64,000 nucleotides of DNA from Octopus vulgaris (taxonomy: Eukaryota). The DNA is taken from NCBI GenBank assembly GCA_951406725.2, contig OX597816.1, forward strand, positions 9,424,001 through 9,488,000. Direction: 5' to 3'. A program made the translations under genes and the position numbers. Positions 26,119 to 39,820 of this stretch are shown here, in pieces; the stretch's first letter is position 1; the number at the start of each line of letters is the position of its first letter. Under the pieces are notes generated by a model. The model was not told the origin of the DNA. It made no database searches and saw only the letters and a program-made list of their open reading frames with translations.

Positions 26119-26420
26119 CCTAGTACTTATTCTATCAGTCTATTTTGCCGAACTGCTAAATTACAGGGACATAAACACACCAGCATCGGTTGTCAAGCGA
26201 TGTTTGGGGAATAGACACAGCCACACAAACACACACATATATATATACATATACATAAATACAACAGGCTTCTTTCAGTTTCCATCTACTAAATCCACTC
26301 ACAAGGCTTTGGTCAGCCTGAGGCTATAGTAGAAGACTCTTGCCCAAGGTGCCATGCAGTGGGACTGAACCAGGAACCATGTGGTCGGTAACTAAGCTAC
26401 TTGCCACACAACTGCTCCTA
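26117..26420 (-). mobile_element. SINE family A, tail missing
   Basis: Matches the reverse complement of the family A head and body. Confidence 0.8.
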
Positions 26421-26830
26421 TATATATATTGCGTACATTTATGTGCGTATATATCTTTGACAACGAGATGTGTTGCTAAAGCAGGATTGTAGTGGAAATT
26501 CTTCCAGCAGATGACAAATGCCAAAAATCCTATTCTGATTTGTCTCTCTTAGGAAGATGGTAGTATTGTCCAAATCCCGAAGGTGATCTGGTATCTCATG
26601 TCATGTTTAGATTCACAGAAACAGTGAATGGTGCTTTTTAGTTACTACTACATTCCAGCTTAAATCGTTTAATCACTTTCTTGTCTGATTCAGGCGCAAT
26701 GTGAATGATTCTGGTTTTGTAGAGAATAGATGGCTCCTTTGGTTCCTTCAACGTCAGGTGGTGAAACACAAAGCCCAGTGATGTTCCTTATTCACTTTCA
26801 AAGCAAATTCATGATTAAGGAAAACTTTGC

Positions 26831-26863
<33 letters not shown>

Positions 26864-27327
26864 AAGTGAGTTGGTTAGAAAAGGAGTAAGTGGAAAGGTT
26901 AGAATAGAAGGGGGAGGGGAAGAAAAAGAAAAGGGGAAATAATGAAGGCATTGGTTATAGATCTTTATTGAGGAAATAAAGGGTTAGGAGCTCTTCAGTC
27001 TTATGATCACTTTTTCATTATAAAAGGACTGATGACAGTTCTCCTATGATAAATGTGTGTGTGTGTGTGCATATGTTTATGCAAGCTTCATCATTTAATG
27101 TCTACCTTCGATGCTAGCATAGGAGTTTGATGGTTTGACAGGATGTGGAAAGTTGGAGGTGTGTGAAATGAAAGTCTACTTCAGCATGGTTGCCATGGCT
27201 GGATATCCTTTCTAACTGAGCACAAAACTATGTGGTTACATAGCAATACCTACCTCTCTGATTACATTTATAATTTCAATTGATTAAAAATTATGTTCAG
27301 TTCACTTTATATATGGTAGCTTGCTGT

Positions 27328-27527
27328 TCATCATCATCATCATTTAACGTCCGCTTTCCATGCTAGCATGGGTTAGACAATTTGACTGAGGACTGGTGAA
27401 CCAAATGGCTGCACCAGACTCCAATCTGATCTGGCAGCAGAGTTTCTACAGCTGGATGCCCTTCCTAATGCCAACCACTCCGAGAGTGTAGTGGGCGCTT
27501 TTGCACGCCACCGGCATGAGGGCCAGT
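27328..27527 (-). mobile_element. RTE 3' UTR terminal fragment
   Basis: (CAT)n tail plus aacgtccgctttccatgctagcatgggtt, as at 57600-57676. Confidence 0.8.
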
Positions 27528-27639
27528 CTATATATATATATATATATATACCTCTGTGTGCATATATGCATGTTTACACACACATACACACGAAATTTGT
27601 TTGCCTACAACTCTACAACTGTTCTGGCTGGCATGTCCA

Positions 27640-27865
27640 CATTAACCCACCTGACTTTGCCTCTGAATCTATGATAAAAATTTCTTGTTTTAAAGTGATC
27701 TAGATCTAAAATCCTTCATCAAAATTTCATGTTAATTTATATTCAAAACACCAGCTTAATATGACAGTTATTTTATGGAATACTTCATTATCTTCAGAAT
27801 TAATTAAAACAAGGGTAGTGTGTTTCTGTTGAAATACAACAGAAATATAATAATGAAAGGGTTAA
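27640..27865 (+). mobile_element. piggyBac-like MITE
   Basis: ttaaccc...aaaggg|ttaa; homologous to 28152-28380. Confidence 0.65.
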
Positions 27866-28151
27866 AGAAATGAAGCTGAGGGTAAAAAAATTTCAAACAT
27901 CCTAGAAAACTCAGTAGCGAAGAAAAACAAAAAAGGATTAAATACGAAAAGGAAGTAAAGATATTGAAAAATGATTGATGTTAAGCTGATGGATCAAGTT
28001 ATTATGCAAGCGATATGATTGAATTTTTGCTGGGAGTTTATGAAATGTCATTCCAGTCCAGTGAAGATTTATCACCTAATTATTTATTGTATTATGACTG
28101 GAACTAAACTCTGGCTTTCAAATGCTCTACTGGACTTTTGGAAACAATTCT

Positions 28152-28380
28152 TTAACCCTCTTGATACTGTCCTACCTTAGATGCCTTTGGTTCCATGATA
28201 CAAACTTTCTGATTTAAACTGATCTAAATTAAAACCTTGCATTAAAATTTTACATTAAAATTTGTTTCAAACACCAGCTTAATAGTGAGAAAGTTATTTT
28301 ACTAAATTCTTCATTACTTTCAACATTAATTGAAACCCAAGCTGTGCATTTCAGTAGACACACAGTAACAAAAATGTTAA
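28152..28380 (+). mobile_element. piggyBac-like MITE
   Basis: ttaa|ccct start and ttaa end (TTAA TSD); three copies in the window. Confidence 0.65.
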
Positions 28381-28666
28381 ATTGTGCAAATGCAAATTCA
28401 CAAACATATGCACATAAAGTAATATATTCCTACATAGATAATGCACCTTTACATGTCTAGTTTAAATGCACATAAAAAGCACCCCCTGCATTCTGTTAAG
28501 TGGTTGACATCAGGAAGTATATCCAGCTGTAGAAACAATACCAAAGCAGACATAGGACCTCGTAAGGCTCTTTGGCTTGTTTGTTCTTGTTAATTTCATG
28601 CTAGCATGGAAAAAGGGATGTTCAATGATGATGATGATAATGATGACAATGATATATATATATCAT

Positions 28667-29043
28667 AGGCGCAGGAGTGGCTGTGTGGTAAGTAGCTTGC
28701 TTACCAACCACATGGTTCCGGGTTCAGTCCCACTGCGTGGCACCTTGGGCAAGTGTCTTCTACTATAGCCTCGGGTCGACCAAAGCCTTGTGAGTGGATT
28801 TATGTATATATATATGTGCGTGTGTGTGTTTGTGTGTCTGTTTGTCCCCCTAGCATTGCTTGACAACCGATGCTGGTGTGTTTATGTCCCTGTTACTTAG
28901 CGGTTCGGCAAAAGAGACCGATTGAATAAGTACTGGGCTTACAAAAGAATAAGTCCCGGGGTCGAGTTGCTCGATTAAAGGCGGTGCTCCAGCATGGCTG
29001 CAGTCAAATGACTGAAACAAGTAAAAGAGTAAAGAGTAAAGAG
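28667..29043 (+). mobile_element. SINE family A, young, with small internal deletion
   Basis: Near-identical to the 58568 copy except for about 30 bp missing before the TG tract. Confidence 0.9.
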
Positions 29044-29077
<34 letters not shown>

Positions 29078-29701
29078 TGTATATACTCAGTTGCTCAATA
29101 ACAGTTCACAATGCAAGAGCTTTCAATGACCACATAAAATTTATTGTATTTTTGCTAATTATTTCAGGTACCTAGGTATATGCAAGCAGATGCTGGTACC
29201 CTCTTAGCACCAGTAGGACATCCAAGATGTGACAACTGGAGGAAGAGAGAGGGCTACACCAATACTTGGTTGGGAATCATTTCAGCCGAGTAAACTAGAG
29301 TGAAAGGAAATGTAGCGCTATGCTAAGCGACCCAACATGTCACCCAGCCTGGGAGTGGAACCATTATCCTTATGATCGTGAGCTCAACAATCTAACAACT
29401 GAACAACTCACCTTGCACATTGTCTAGTTTACATTTGCACCAAATGTGTGTGTGTGTGTGTGTGTGTGTGAGTGTATGTGTGTTTGTACACACACACACA
29501 CTCACTCTCTCTCACACACACATATGCATGCTTTGAAAAGGGAAACCTAACTTACTTAAACAATTTCATCTGCACTTTTTGCTGGTCACACACCTATGAC
29601 ATCATGCACATACTACTTATGAATATAGTTTTTACATAAATTATGGTCATCTTGAAACAGCTGTTAAGATAACACTTTATATATTCTTGCTTTATTGTAT
29701 A

Positions 29702-30089
29702 CTAGCAGTATCGCCCGGCGTTGCTTGGATTTGTAAGGGAAATAACTATATAAGCATTTTTAAAGAGTTATAGCCAAAAAATAGCAAAAAAATGCATTAA
29801 AAATGGAAAAAAAATGATGGTAAATTTTCTTTTAAATCGTTGACTCATCGTAGACATTTTTAGAGAGTTACTTCCCTTATATAATAGCGGAAAAAATGCA
29901 TCAAAATGGAAAAAAATGACGGTAAATTTTTTTTTAAATCATAGACGCGTGCTAATACCCAGAAGGGCTCGATATGAATCACGACTATAAGATACCCGGT
30001 TTTGGTTAAACTGCACCGCAAAATGTGGGAGTAGTTAGGAATCTAAATCGTAGGAGACAGACACACAACTTGACTTTTATATATAAAGA
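29702..30089 (-). mobile_element. Non-autonomous Helitron copy 5
   Basis: Same TC, hairpin and CTAG termini at an A|T site. Confidence 0.85.
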
Positions 30090-30149
30090 TGTATTTTGTG
30101 CTCCATGTAAATACATGTCTCAAGCCTAACAGTGTTTAATCTTACTCAC

Positions 30150-30901
30150 TCTATGCATATACATGTATATATGCACACACACATCTATGTATCTATGCTT
30201 ACATATATATATATCTATGTGTATATCTATATACACATAGATATACATATATTTACATATATACACACATATATACATATGCTCACATGCATATATATAT
30301 ATGACTAAATATGCATACCAGGAGTTGTTATTAATTCATTTAGTTTACATAACACTTTATTAATTTATTTTGCTCTTTTTATGAGGTCCTTAGGTAGATT
30401 CTGCTCAAAGGCACATTCCCGATGTATTTTGTGAAATATATATATATAGATATATATACAGATATATGCATATGTGTGTGTGTGTGTGTGCATGTGTGCA
30501 TGAATGAATGTGTGTGTGTATATTGATCCTACCATAATGGAACAGTAAATCATATGCATATATATATATATCTATATATATATAAAGATGTATACATACA
30601 TATATACACAGAAATGTTCATATATATTCATATAGAGAAATTTGCATATCCATATGCTTATAATGTAGTATTCATGATCATGAATAGATGAATATAGAGA
30701 TCTATTTTCTTTCTCTCTTTCTTAATATATATGCATATGCATACACATAGATATTATATACATTATATATACATTATATACATGTATATATACATTATAT
30801 GTATATATATATATATGCATTATATATATATATATATACATATACACACATATATATATATATACTTTATATATATATATACTTTATATATATATATACA
30901 G

Positions 30902-30948
<47 letters not shown>

Positions 30949-31100
30949 CACACACACAGTGTTGTAACAACCTTATATGAACACATACATAGATATTTAT
31001 GCATATACACACAAATGCACACACACACATGCAGACACACACACATACACACACATATGTAAACACATGTGCACACACAAACACACATACACGAGCAACA
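30150..31100. repeat. Compound (TA)/(CA) low-complexity region
   Basis: Direct observation; explains the many ORFs called here. Confidence 0.9.
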
Positions 31101-32909
31101 CATTTGCTTACGACTGATATTTTGTATTGGTATGTAAGACTACATACAAATCTGAAATTAAATATATATTTCATGTATGCTAAACATATTTTACTTCTTT
31201 GTAGCTTCTATGAACTGAGATTAATCTTACATTGATGAAAGTATTAATAACCTCTGAATAGAAGCACACACACACACACACACACATATATATACACACA
31301 TGTTTGTGTGTGTATTTGCTTTGAAAACTTTGTATATCTATATCAAATATGCATATATTGAGACGTATGATGGTTACATTCTATTGATAGTATATTTTTG
31401 TATTTCATGAAAGCATAGCAGGAGAACTGACACCAGTCCTTTTATATGGAAAAAGTGATCATGAGAATGAAGAGCTCCTAACCTTTTATTTCCCCAATAA
31501 AGAAACATAACCAAGTATTTAGTATTTATATGTGTATAGAAATGTGGTGTGGTTATAGTAAAAGAAAAATGATGATGCTGAGGATTAAAACACATTTTAT
31601 GTGTTTTGTTTGTTTTTTGTTTGTTTTCTTTTTTGTTTTTTTCTGGTGAAGTGCAGATATTGCTGTGTGTTTAAGAAGTTTGCTTCCCATTCACATGGTC
31701 CCGAGTTCAGTCCTACTGCATGGCACCTTGAGCAACTCGATGGATTTCATCTGACACGTGCATGCATGGGAAAGTGGCTGTTGAGATGATGATGATAATG
31801 ATGATGGTGGTGGTGGTGGTGGTGGCGGTCGTGGTGGCTTCGGTGGTGATGAGGAGGAAGGTGAGGAGAAAGAGGAGGTGGGGAGGAGGAGGAGGAGGAG
31901 GAGGATTTTCATATGCTATATGAGAAATTGGATAGAAAGTATTTTTCTCTTGTTCAAATTGCTGAATGAAAGGGTTAGTGTTTCTGTTAATTTTAACAAC
32001 TTTTATGTAAACTGGTATTTCTTGATGAAGTTTCAGCTAAGAGAATGTATTGTATCTCCCTAAACTATGAGAATAGTTGTGTTTTAATTTGCAGCTTTAG
32101 TATCAATATCATCTTTTAGTGTAGTGTAAATACTACAATGACATTTGACAGTAACTAGAAACCTTTAAAGTCAGTTGTAAACAAAATAAATATCATGCAC
32201 TTCTGGCTGATATAAAGGATAGAGAGAAGAATATACTTTGTTATGTCAGAAATGAATGATTGACACGTGAATAGGTGGAAAATTACTGACAAGAGGGATT
32301 TCATAGATCTTTTTTATTTTATGTATGTAACTTAATCTAGTCTTTCTTTACTTCCCTGTAGCTGAATTCATAACTTTCTAACCAAGCTCAACATACACCT
32401 ATCTCTTTTTTTTTTTCTATGACAACTAAACTATATCATCAGCACCTGCTCCCACTTCTGAATAAACTTTTTTCCCTATCATTTCTCCACCACACTGAAA
32501 TCTTCTATAATTCCTTAGGCATCAGTTACAAGTGTTTCAAGTGACCACCAATTACATTGATATGATTAGTTTGAGAGGACTGGCAAAGGCTATGGGTATT
32601 ATTTCAACCTCCTCTGACAGACTGAAAAAAGAAATACTAATTTATATTAAAATTAAATTCACAACTGACTGTGGCCCAATTAGTAATAAATAAAACAAAC
32701 ACTATCATATATATATAGCCAATTGTTCTAAATTGAGTATGCTTTTGGTTTGCCATTTAGTCAGGGAGGGTTAGAGTATTGTGTATGATCCTTTAATTTG
32801 GGGGAATTTAAAACTGGTGGAATGAAGGGAAGAAGTTGTCAATCAGGTGAGTTGACCTACAGAGAGAAGTCCATTAAAAGCTCCCAATGATTAGGCAGTG
32901 GTGCTAGAT

Positions 32910-33027
32910 CAGTGGTTTTCAACTAGAGTCCATATGACACTTGGGAATCCACATAATATTTTATTGTTAAAGTTTATGTGCAAATCAAAGGGGTCCATAG
33001 TAAAAAAAAAAAGGTTGAGAACCACTG
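32910..33027. mobile_element. hAT-Charlie-like MITE
   Basis: TIRs cagtggttttcaac / gttgagaaccactg; left flank tgctagat resembles the NTCTAGAN target, but the TSD has diverged. Confidence 0.7.
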
Positions 33028-33269
33028 TATTAAACTCAGCAATGGATTAGCTTTACAACCCCAAAATCTGAACACAAAGAGCTAAAAAAGAAAATACTCT
33101 GAGTATTTTTTTTTAGGGATGGTATCATATCCATCCCTACAATGAACTGGGACTTTATTTCATCAACTCTGAAAAGATGAAAGACAAAGTTGCTCTCAAC
33201 GGGCTTTGAACTCAGAATGCAGCAAGTTGAAGAAATACTGCTCTAATGATTCTATGGCTGGTGCCACAT

Positions 33270-33572
33270 AAAGAGTACTTACGCCAGTGCCATGTTAAAA
33301 AGCCCCTTTTTAAATGACATGCAAAAAGCACCTATGCTGCTGCCACGTAAAAAGCACCTATACCAATGGAACATAAGAGCACCGGTGCTGGTTCCATGTA
33401 ATAAGCACCCAGTACACTCTGCAAAGTGGTTAGCATTAGGAAGGGCATTCAGCCATAGAAACCTTGCCGAAACTGACAATTTGAATCTGAGCAGCTCTCT
33501 GGCTAGCCAGCTCCTGTCAAACCAGCCAACCTATGCCAGCATAGAAAACAGATATTAATTGATGATGATGAT
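33270..33572 (+). mobile_element. RTE-type 3' UTR fragment with short tandem units
   Basis: gccac/atgtaaaaagcacc repeats, aggaagggcat, (GAT)n tail. Confidence 0.7.
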
Positions 33573-34225
33573 TTCTAAGACTGAATTTGATGTTTGAATA
33601 TCTATCTTTTGTTGTACTTAGGGCTTTTAACAATTGTCTTATTACCAACATCAATAAGACATCTAACAGAACTGAAACTTAGTTAAATATACATGCAATT
33701 GGGTGGATCTTCAGCAACAGCATGCATACATCCTTATACAGTACATGTTTCATCACTAAAGGTGTTGGTGTGTGATTAAGAAGTTTGTTTCAGAACCATA
33801 ACATCAGGGGATCAAACCTTCTGCAAATGTTCTATGCTATGCCAGCAGGTCCAGTACATAGTCGGTAAAATTGATAACAAAACTGAAAAGGTCTGTCATA
33901 TGTGTGTGTGTGTGATTGAATTTCTATTTACCTCTCGTCAATACAAGTATGTTGTTTGCTTGCAGTCAACCGCAAGGTTTCTTGACATGTCTTGACATGT
34001 TTCATGATCTTTGTAAACAAAATGACTTGTTCATATAATCATGTTTCCATCTTACTATGTAAATAACTGTGGGCTGTTTGTTGCTCAGTTAGATTAAGGG
34101 AATATTACCTTGCTTTGAAACAGGTGAGGGTTGATGACAGGGTGAGCACCCAACTACAGAAAAATCTGCCTCAACAAATTCATTCTAATTCACAAAAGCA
34201 TGGAGAGTGGATATTAAAATAGTGA

Positions 34226-34259
<34 letters not shown>

Positions 34260-36016
34260 GGTGGTGGTGGTGATGATGATGATGATGATGAAGATTGATA
34301 TGCTTATAGAAATAATAAGATTTACAGACATAACAGTGTTTGATACATCTACTTTCATTCATTACTTCTGGAGGTGCCATCACTGAAAAACCAGAAAGGG
34401 TCTTACAAAGAACTGCAAGATAGCATTGTAAACAAAAGCAACATAGTTTTAATGCTTAGGCTCTGTTGCTTACTGGACAATAACTACCAGCCTCTTATGT
34501 TGTGTCAAAGATATGAGCAAGAACACTTTTCTTTATTCTCTGACAAATCTAATTAATTATAAATCATATTGTAATTTCAATTCTAAGAATTTAATCATAA
34601 ATTATAAAGCTATAAATATCTGCCAACACGTGTGCAGTTGCATTATTGCAAATATTTGTGTAAATGCATTTATTAATCACAGATTAATGTCACTTAATAT
34701 ACACATAAACATACTTTGAATCATAAAAAAAGATTGATAATGCTTGCCTTCTATATGTAATATTATTCATATTGAAATAAAGCAAAGCCAACAGCCTGGT
34801 TGGCATATGTCCTCAGAAAATTAGTATTTATATCATGTATCAATAGAGATATAGAGTTTTTGAGACATTTGCAGTTTGCCTAATGTAGAAATCTTTCCAT
34901 GTAGACAGTATTTGTTTTCCTATTAGGTTTTAAATGAAGTATTGATTTTTGTCTGAGTTGATTTCGTTTTGAGTTTAGTTGTTTCCTGTATTGCTTTGGT
35001 CTTGATATAATACTACTCTCCATTTTATGAATTGTAGTATGCTTCTAGCTCTCAGACATACTGTTGCACTGTCAAGTATAGGATAATGCTTTTTTTTTTC
35101 ATTTTTATTTCTTTGGTTACTCAATAAATCTTTTCTTTTGTTATTATCAGTATAACGATCTAGTTTAATATGCCCCACTATCTTAAATATACATATAATT
35201 TAAAATCCACTTGTAATATACAAACTCGTAATTATGTTTATCTCTCTTTCTTCTCAATAGATCAAGCTAGAAATATTCAATTTATAATTGACACAGCTGA
35301 AACCAGAGACTATAGGAGAAATGATCTTAGTATTTTAAGCAGAGCTGAAATTCAGTAAGACAGATGTGACTAATCAGCCTGATTCTGACAGATTCATGAA
35401 CCTTTATTTGTGTTTAAATAAGCAGACATAGTGTCCTCTAAATAAAAAAAAAAACTGATTTAAACAAAACACAGACATTACATAGCTTTCTTTTGTGTAT
35501 ATATGGCATTATGAAACTCAGTTGATAATTTTCTTTGTGATCTTGTTTCTATGCAAATAACTAAATATGTGTATGAATCAAAAATTGAAACCATTTAATA
35601 TGCAGCAAGGAATATTATTTTTAAATGATAACTAGCGGACTAAAATAGATAAGTTTCCTTGTTTATGAATTTTGTCAATGAAATAAATACAAGGAGCATT
35701 TTTATGCTGTTAACAACAACAATCTCTTTTATTTTGCTGCCTGAACCCATTTATATATAATACCAACAATAGCTATAAAAACAGGTAGACATACAAATTA
35801 AGATAAAATTGAAATACTAAAAAAATTTCAAATTTCACAAAGAATTACACAAAATAATCATATAAAGTTGCTGATTAAAAAAAAATAAAATGACTATATA
35901 AAACATTAAAATGATTCCATAAAAAGAAAGTTAAAATGATAACACTATATTAGTGAAAGAAACAAGAAACCCAAATAAGGCGACTCCCCTACCGATAGTG
36001 GATAGATCATAGAATA

Positions 36017-36259
36017 CCTATTTCTTTATTACCCACAAGGGGCTAAACATAGAGGGGACAAACAAGGACAGACATAGGTATTAAGTCGATTACATCGACC
36101 CCAGTGCGTAACTGGTACTTTAATTTATCGACCCCGAAAGGATGAAAGGCAAAGTCGACCTCGGCGGAATTTGAACTCAGAACGTAACGTCAGATGAAAT
36201 ACCGCAAAGCATTTCGCCCGGCGTGCTAACGTTTCTGCCAGCTCGCTGCCTTTATTATA
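36017..36259 (-). mobile_element. SINE family B, full length, with 16-bp TSD
   Basis: TSD gatagatcatagaata at 36001-36016 and 36260-36275. Central cctttcatcctttcggggtcgataaattaaagtaccag resembles the conserved Meta-SINE-type domain (recall). Confidence 0.9.
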
Positions 36260-36811
36260 GATAGATCATAGAATAGCACCTTCCATTCCCACTGAAACTA
36301 GTGACATCTAAAAGTGCTGGAGACATTATTTCGAAGCAGCTGAGCCAAGAGACCTACAATTAGTGGGACATGAACCTTCAATAGTTCTTAGAACATCAAG
36401 ATGGTTTTTACCAAAAGTTTGTTGCTTCACAGCACCTGAATATACCAAATTCTGACAAAAATTTAAGTTTTGATGTTTCATTAAGTTTAAAACTTGTGCA
36501 GTTAAGAAGTTTGCCTCCCAACCAAGTGATTTTATGTTTGATCCCACTGCATGGCACCTTAGGCAAGTGTCTTCTACTGAAGCCTCAGGCCAACTGAAGC
36601 CTTGTGAGTGGAAATAATAGAGAAAAACTGAAGGTAGTCTGTTGTGCGTGTGTATGTGTGTGTGTGTGTGTGTGTGTATTCCATACTGGATGCTGATGAA
36701 CACAGTATAAAGAAATCACCAAATTACCTAATTCATATGTGAAACTGATTGGTAAGACTTAGTGAAATGGGTCAATAATACTGTGTACAATAAAGGTATA
36801 TTTATGAGCGT

Positions 36812-37197
36812 GTGAAGGTACATGGCTCAGTGGTTAGAGTGTCAAGCTAATGATCATGAGGTTGTGAGTTCAATTCCTGCATGGCTCAGTGGTTAGAGCA
36901 TCGAGCTTACGATTGTGGGGTTGTGAGTTTGATTCTTGGACTGGGCTGCATGTTGTGTTCTTGAGCAAGACACTTTATTTCACATTGCTCCTGTTAACTC
37001 AGCTGTAGAAATGAGTTGTGACATTACTGGTGCCAAGCTGTATCAGCTTTTACCTTTTCCATCAGTGGTGTGGAGAGGAGAGGCTGGTATGCATGGGTGA
37101 CTGCTGGCCTTCTACAAATAACTTTGCCCGAACTTGAGCCTTGGAGGGTAACTTTCTAGGGGGCAATCCTATGGTCATTCATGACTGAAGAGGGTCT
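36812..37197 (+). mobile_element. tRNA-derived SINE family C with duplicated tRNA head
   Basis: catggctcagtggttagag occurs at 36821 and 36880, each followed by a B-box-like gagtt.ratt; then tgtgttcttgagcaagacacttta core. Other copies at about 60866-61020 (+) and 29270-29410 (-). Confidence 0.8.
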
Positions 37198-37939
37198 CCT
37201 CTATGAGTATGTGGGTTTGTGTCCCCTTGTTTTGATATAACATGATAATTGTAAATGAGTGTCATCATTTTATAAGTAGTGTTATTTATGATTGACAATG
37301 GGAAAATATTTCTTTGCTTGGAAACAGATGAGGAATGACAACAGTAGGAGCATCTAGTCATAGAAAATCTGCCTCAACAATTTCCCTCTGATAAATGTAA
37401 TCAATGGAAAAATGGATATTAATGTGAGTAAATGCAGCAACCTTTTTCTCTTGCTTCCTAATATTCTTTGAATGGACAAATGAATAAAATATAGAAAACA
37501 GACAAGAAGCCTTTGATAGTTTTGTAAGATACACCAAAGGGAAACAGTATTTTAAATATGTATTCTAGCTTGCTTTTTCTTTGGATCTAACCTACTTTGG
37601 GATTTAGATTTTCATATCTTTGAAAATTTCACGCCAAGCAAGTACAGTTCCTTTAGTTTGTTTTTGGAAAAATTTATCTCAATAAATTTCAATATGCTCA
37701 ATTTAGCAAAGATAAAAACATGTCTTAAATTGATTTGCTTAAATATTTTTAGAAAAATAGACAATGCTATAATCCTTATGTTGAAAATAGAAATAATTTG
37801 TGTAAGAAAAAAAATTTTAAATGAAATTTCACACGAAAGCAATTTGTTCTTTTAATTTTCAGATAATAAAAAGAATAATGTTCAGTGATTTTTTACAATA
37901 GCTTTAATTTGCATCCCGCCCCACCGATTTTTTGATTGG

Positions 37940-38930
37940 GTTTATTGTCATATTTATGGCTCGAATTAACGTTTTAAGATAAATAATATTAATTAGCATC
38001 ATTAGAGAGAAAAGAGAAAAAAGAAAAACAAAGTTAATTTATTTCTGTATTGTTAAATACAAAAGATAAAAATCCTCTTATTTCATTCTGGGTATTTTCT
38101 TTTTTCAGTTAAAAGTTTACAAATATCTGAAAATAATTTTCTTATAAAAAAATATTTTCTCAAAAATTGCACATAATTTATCTTTAATTCAAGTAATTTT
38201 GCCTACAAACCTTATTTCCAAAATTTGTTTATAAAACTTGTAGGTGAATTACCTAAAGATATACAGCTAATAGAAGATGATAGGTATAACAGATGTGTCT
38301 TTGTTTACAACTGGAATTACACTCAAATAACATCACAAACTGTTATATGTTTAAAAACCTAACAGTACACTACAACAATTATTGTTAAAACAAAAGGTGC
38401 ACAATTGTTTAAAAAAGCTTTACTGCATTTACTTGTGCTGTTTAGACATAGAGTGAAATAAAAATTGCTAATTTGTTGAATTTATAATTGAATGAAAAAC
38501 ATGTTGAAAACAGATTTTTAGATCACAAAATTTGTACAGATGGCATAGTATATTAAATATAGAGGGACATTTATTAAAGGTCAACTTCCTTATGTCCTAT
38601 GTTAATATGACTAGTTGTCTGTGATTTTGAATGTAATACAAGATATAAACAATGACAAATCTGTTATATCTGTTATTTCTATTAAGTACATACTTATATC
38701 TATCTTTATATTTTATAAATAATACATGTAGGTAAATTTACCTGAATTAAGAGTAAATTATGCACAATCTTTAAGAAAATGCCTTTTTGTTTATAGGAAA
38801 ATTATTTTCAGGTATCATTTGTATGCTTTTTCTTTTTTCTTTTCTCAGTCAATGTCAATTAATTTTATTGATGTATATTAGTATTATTTACCTCAAAATG
38901 TTAATCTGAGCAATAAATATGACAGAGTAA
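37940..38930. repeat. Old fold-back element with about 400-bp diverged inverted arms
   Basis: 37946-37993 pairs with 38877-38924; 38123-38220 with 38713-38814; 38265-38350 with 38600-38690. Confidence 0.75.
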
Positions 38931-39820
38931 ACACAGAAAAATTTCTTAAGCAAGTTAAATTGTTTTGGAGAACGTTGGTAAAAGCAATGCTATTGCTCTT
39001 TAGATCAGCAGACTCCAGTATGAGAATTATAAACAATTTCTGACAAATTTATCTGCCTTTGAGCTCATCCATTCATCTTTTATCTTGAATCAGGATTTGT
39101 GGCATGAGATTGGTTCTCTTTTTCTGATCTACACTATGTCAACTTTGACATGTACTTGTGTTCAATTAAATTGTAAACTATATCATTTATCTATAAATGA
39201 CTTCCATGCTGTTAAATTTGAACTATACACAGCTCTATGCAGCTAATACTAAATTTCACCCTTGCATAAACTTTTGTATGCAGGCATCACCCGTATGTAA
39301 CCTGGGTATCTCATGCTAGACAAACATTAACTCAATGATCATCCAGAAATAGGTTCTAAAAAACAGTATGGATACACATTTAAAATCCTCACAACTCATT
39401 ACACAAGAGGTATCCATCGCATTTTCACAAGTGCATCCACAAAGCCTGGTCTCTTATTCAGAGCCAGAAGAGTTATTGCCTTCTTATGAAGCACAAGTGT
39501 GATCCACTATGAAATATCTAGAACAGTGCAGCTACTGCAGAATCATATAAACAATTGAGCTGCTAATTTGTTGCTCTACCTACTATAATTTGAAGCTAAA
39601 TTTTCTTCAAACTATATTGTGCCATCCACATTGCATGATGTAATCCTAGTATATTGTCAGAAAATAAGATAGGATGGAATGGTGATAACTGGATTTCTTT
39701 GATCAATCACAAGTCTGCTAGATTATAACTGTTTTGGGTCTAATTAACAACAACACTCAAACATACTAGTTTTGTATTGAAAAATCTAATTGACAAAATG
39801 TTATAAGAATTATTCATTGA

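Noticed and set aside
36821-36880. tRNA-like sequences here and at other SINE heads
   Set aside because: No complete cloverleaf; they continue into SINE bodies.
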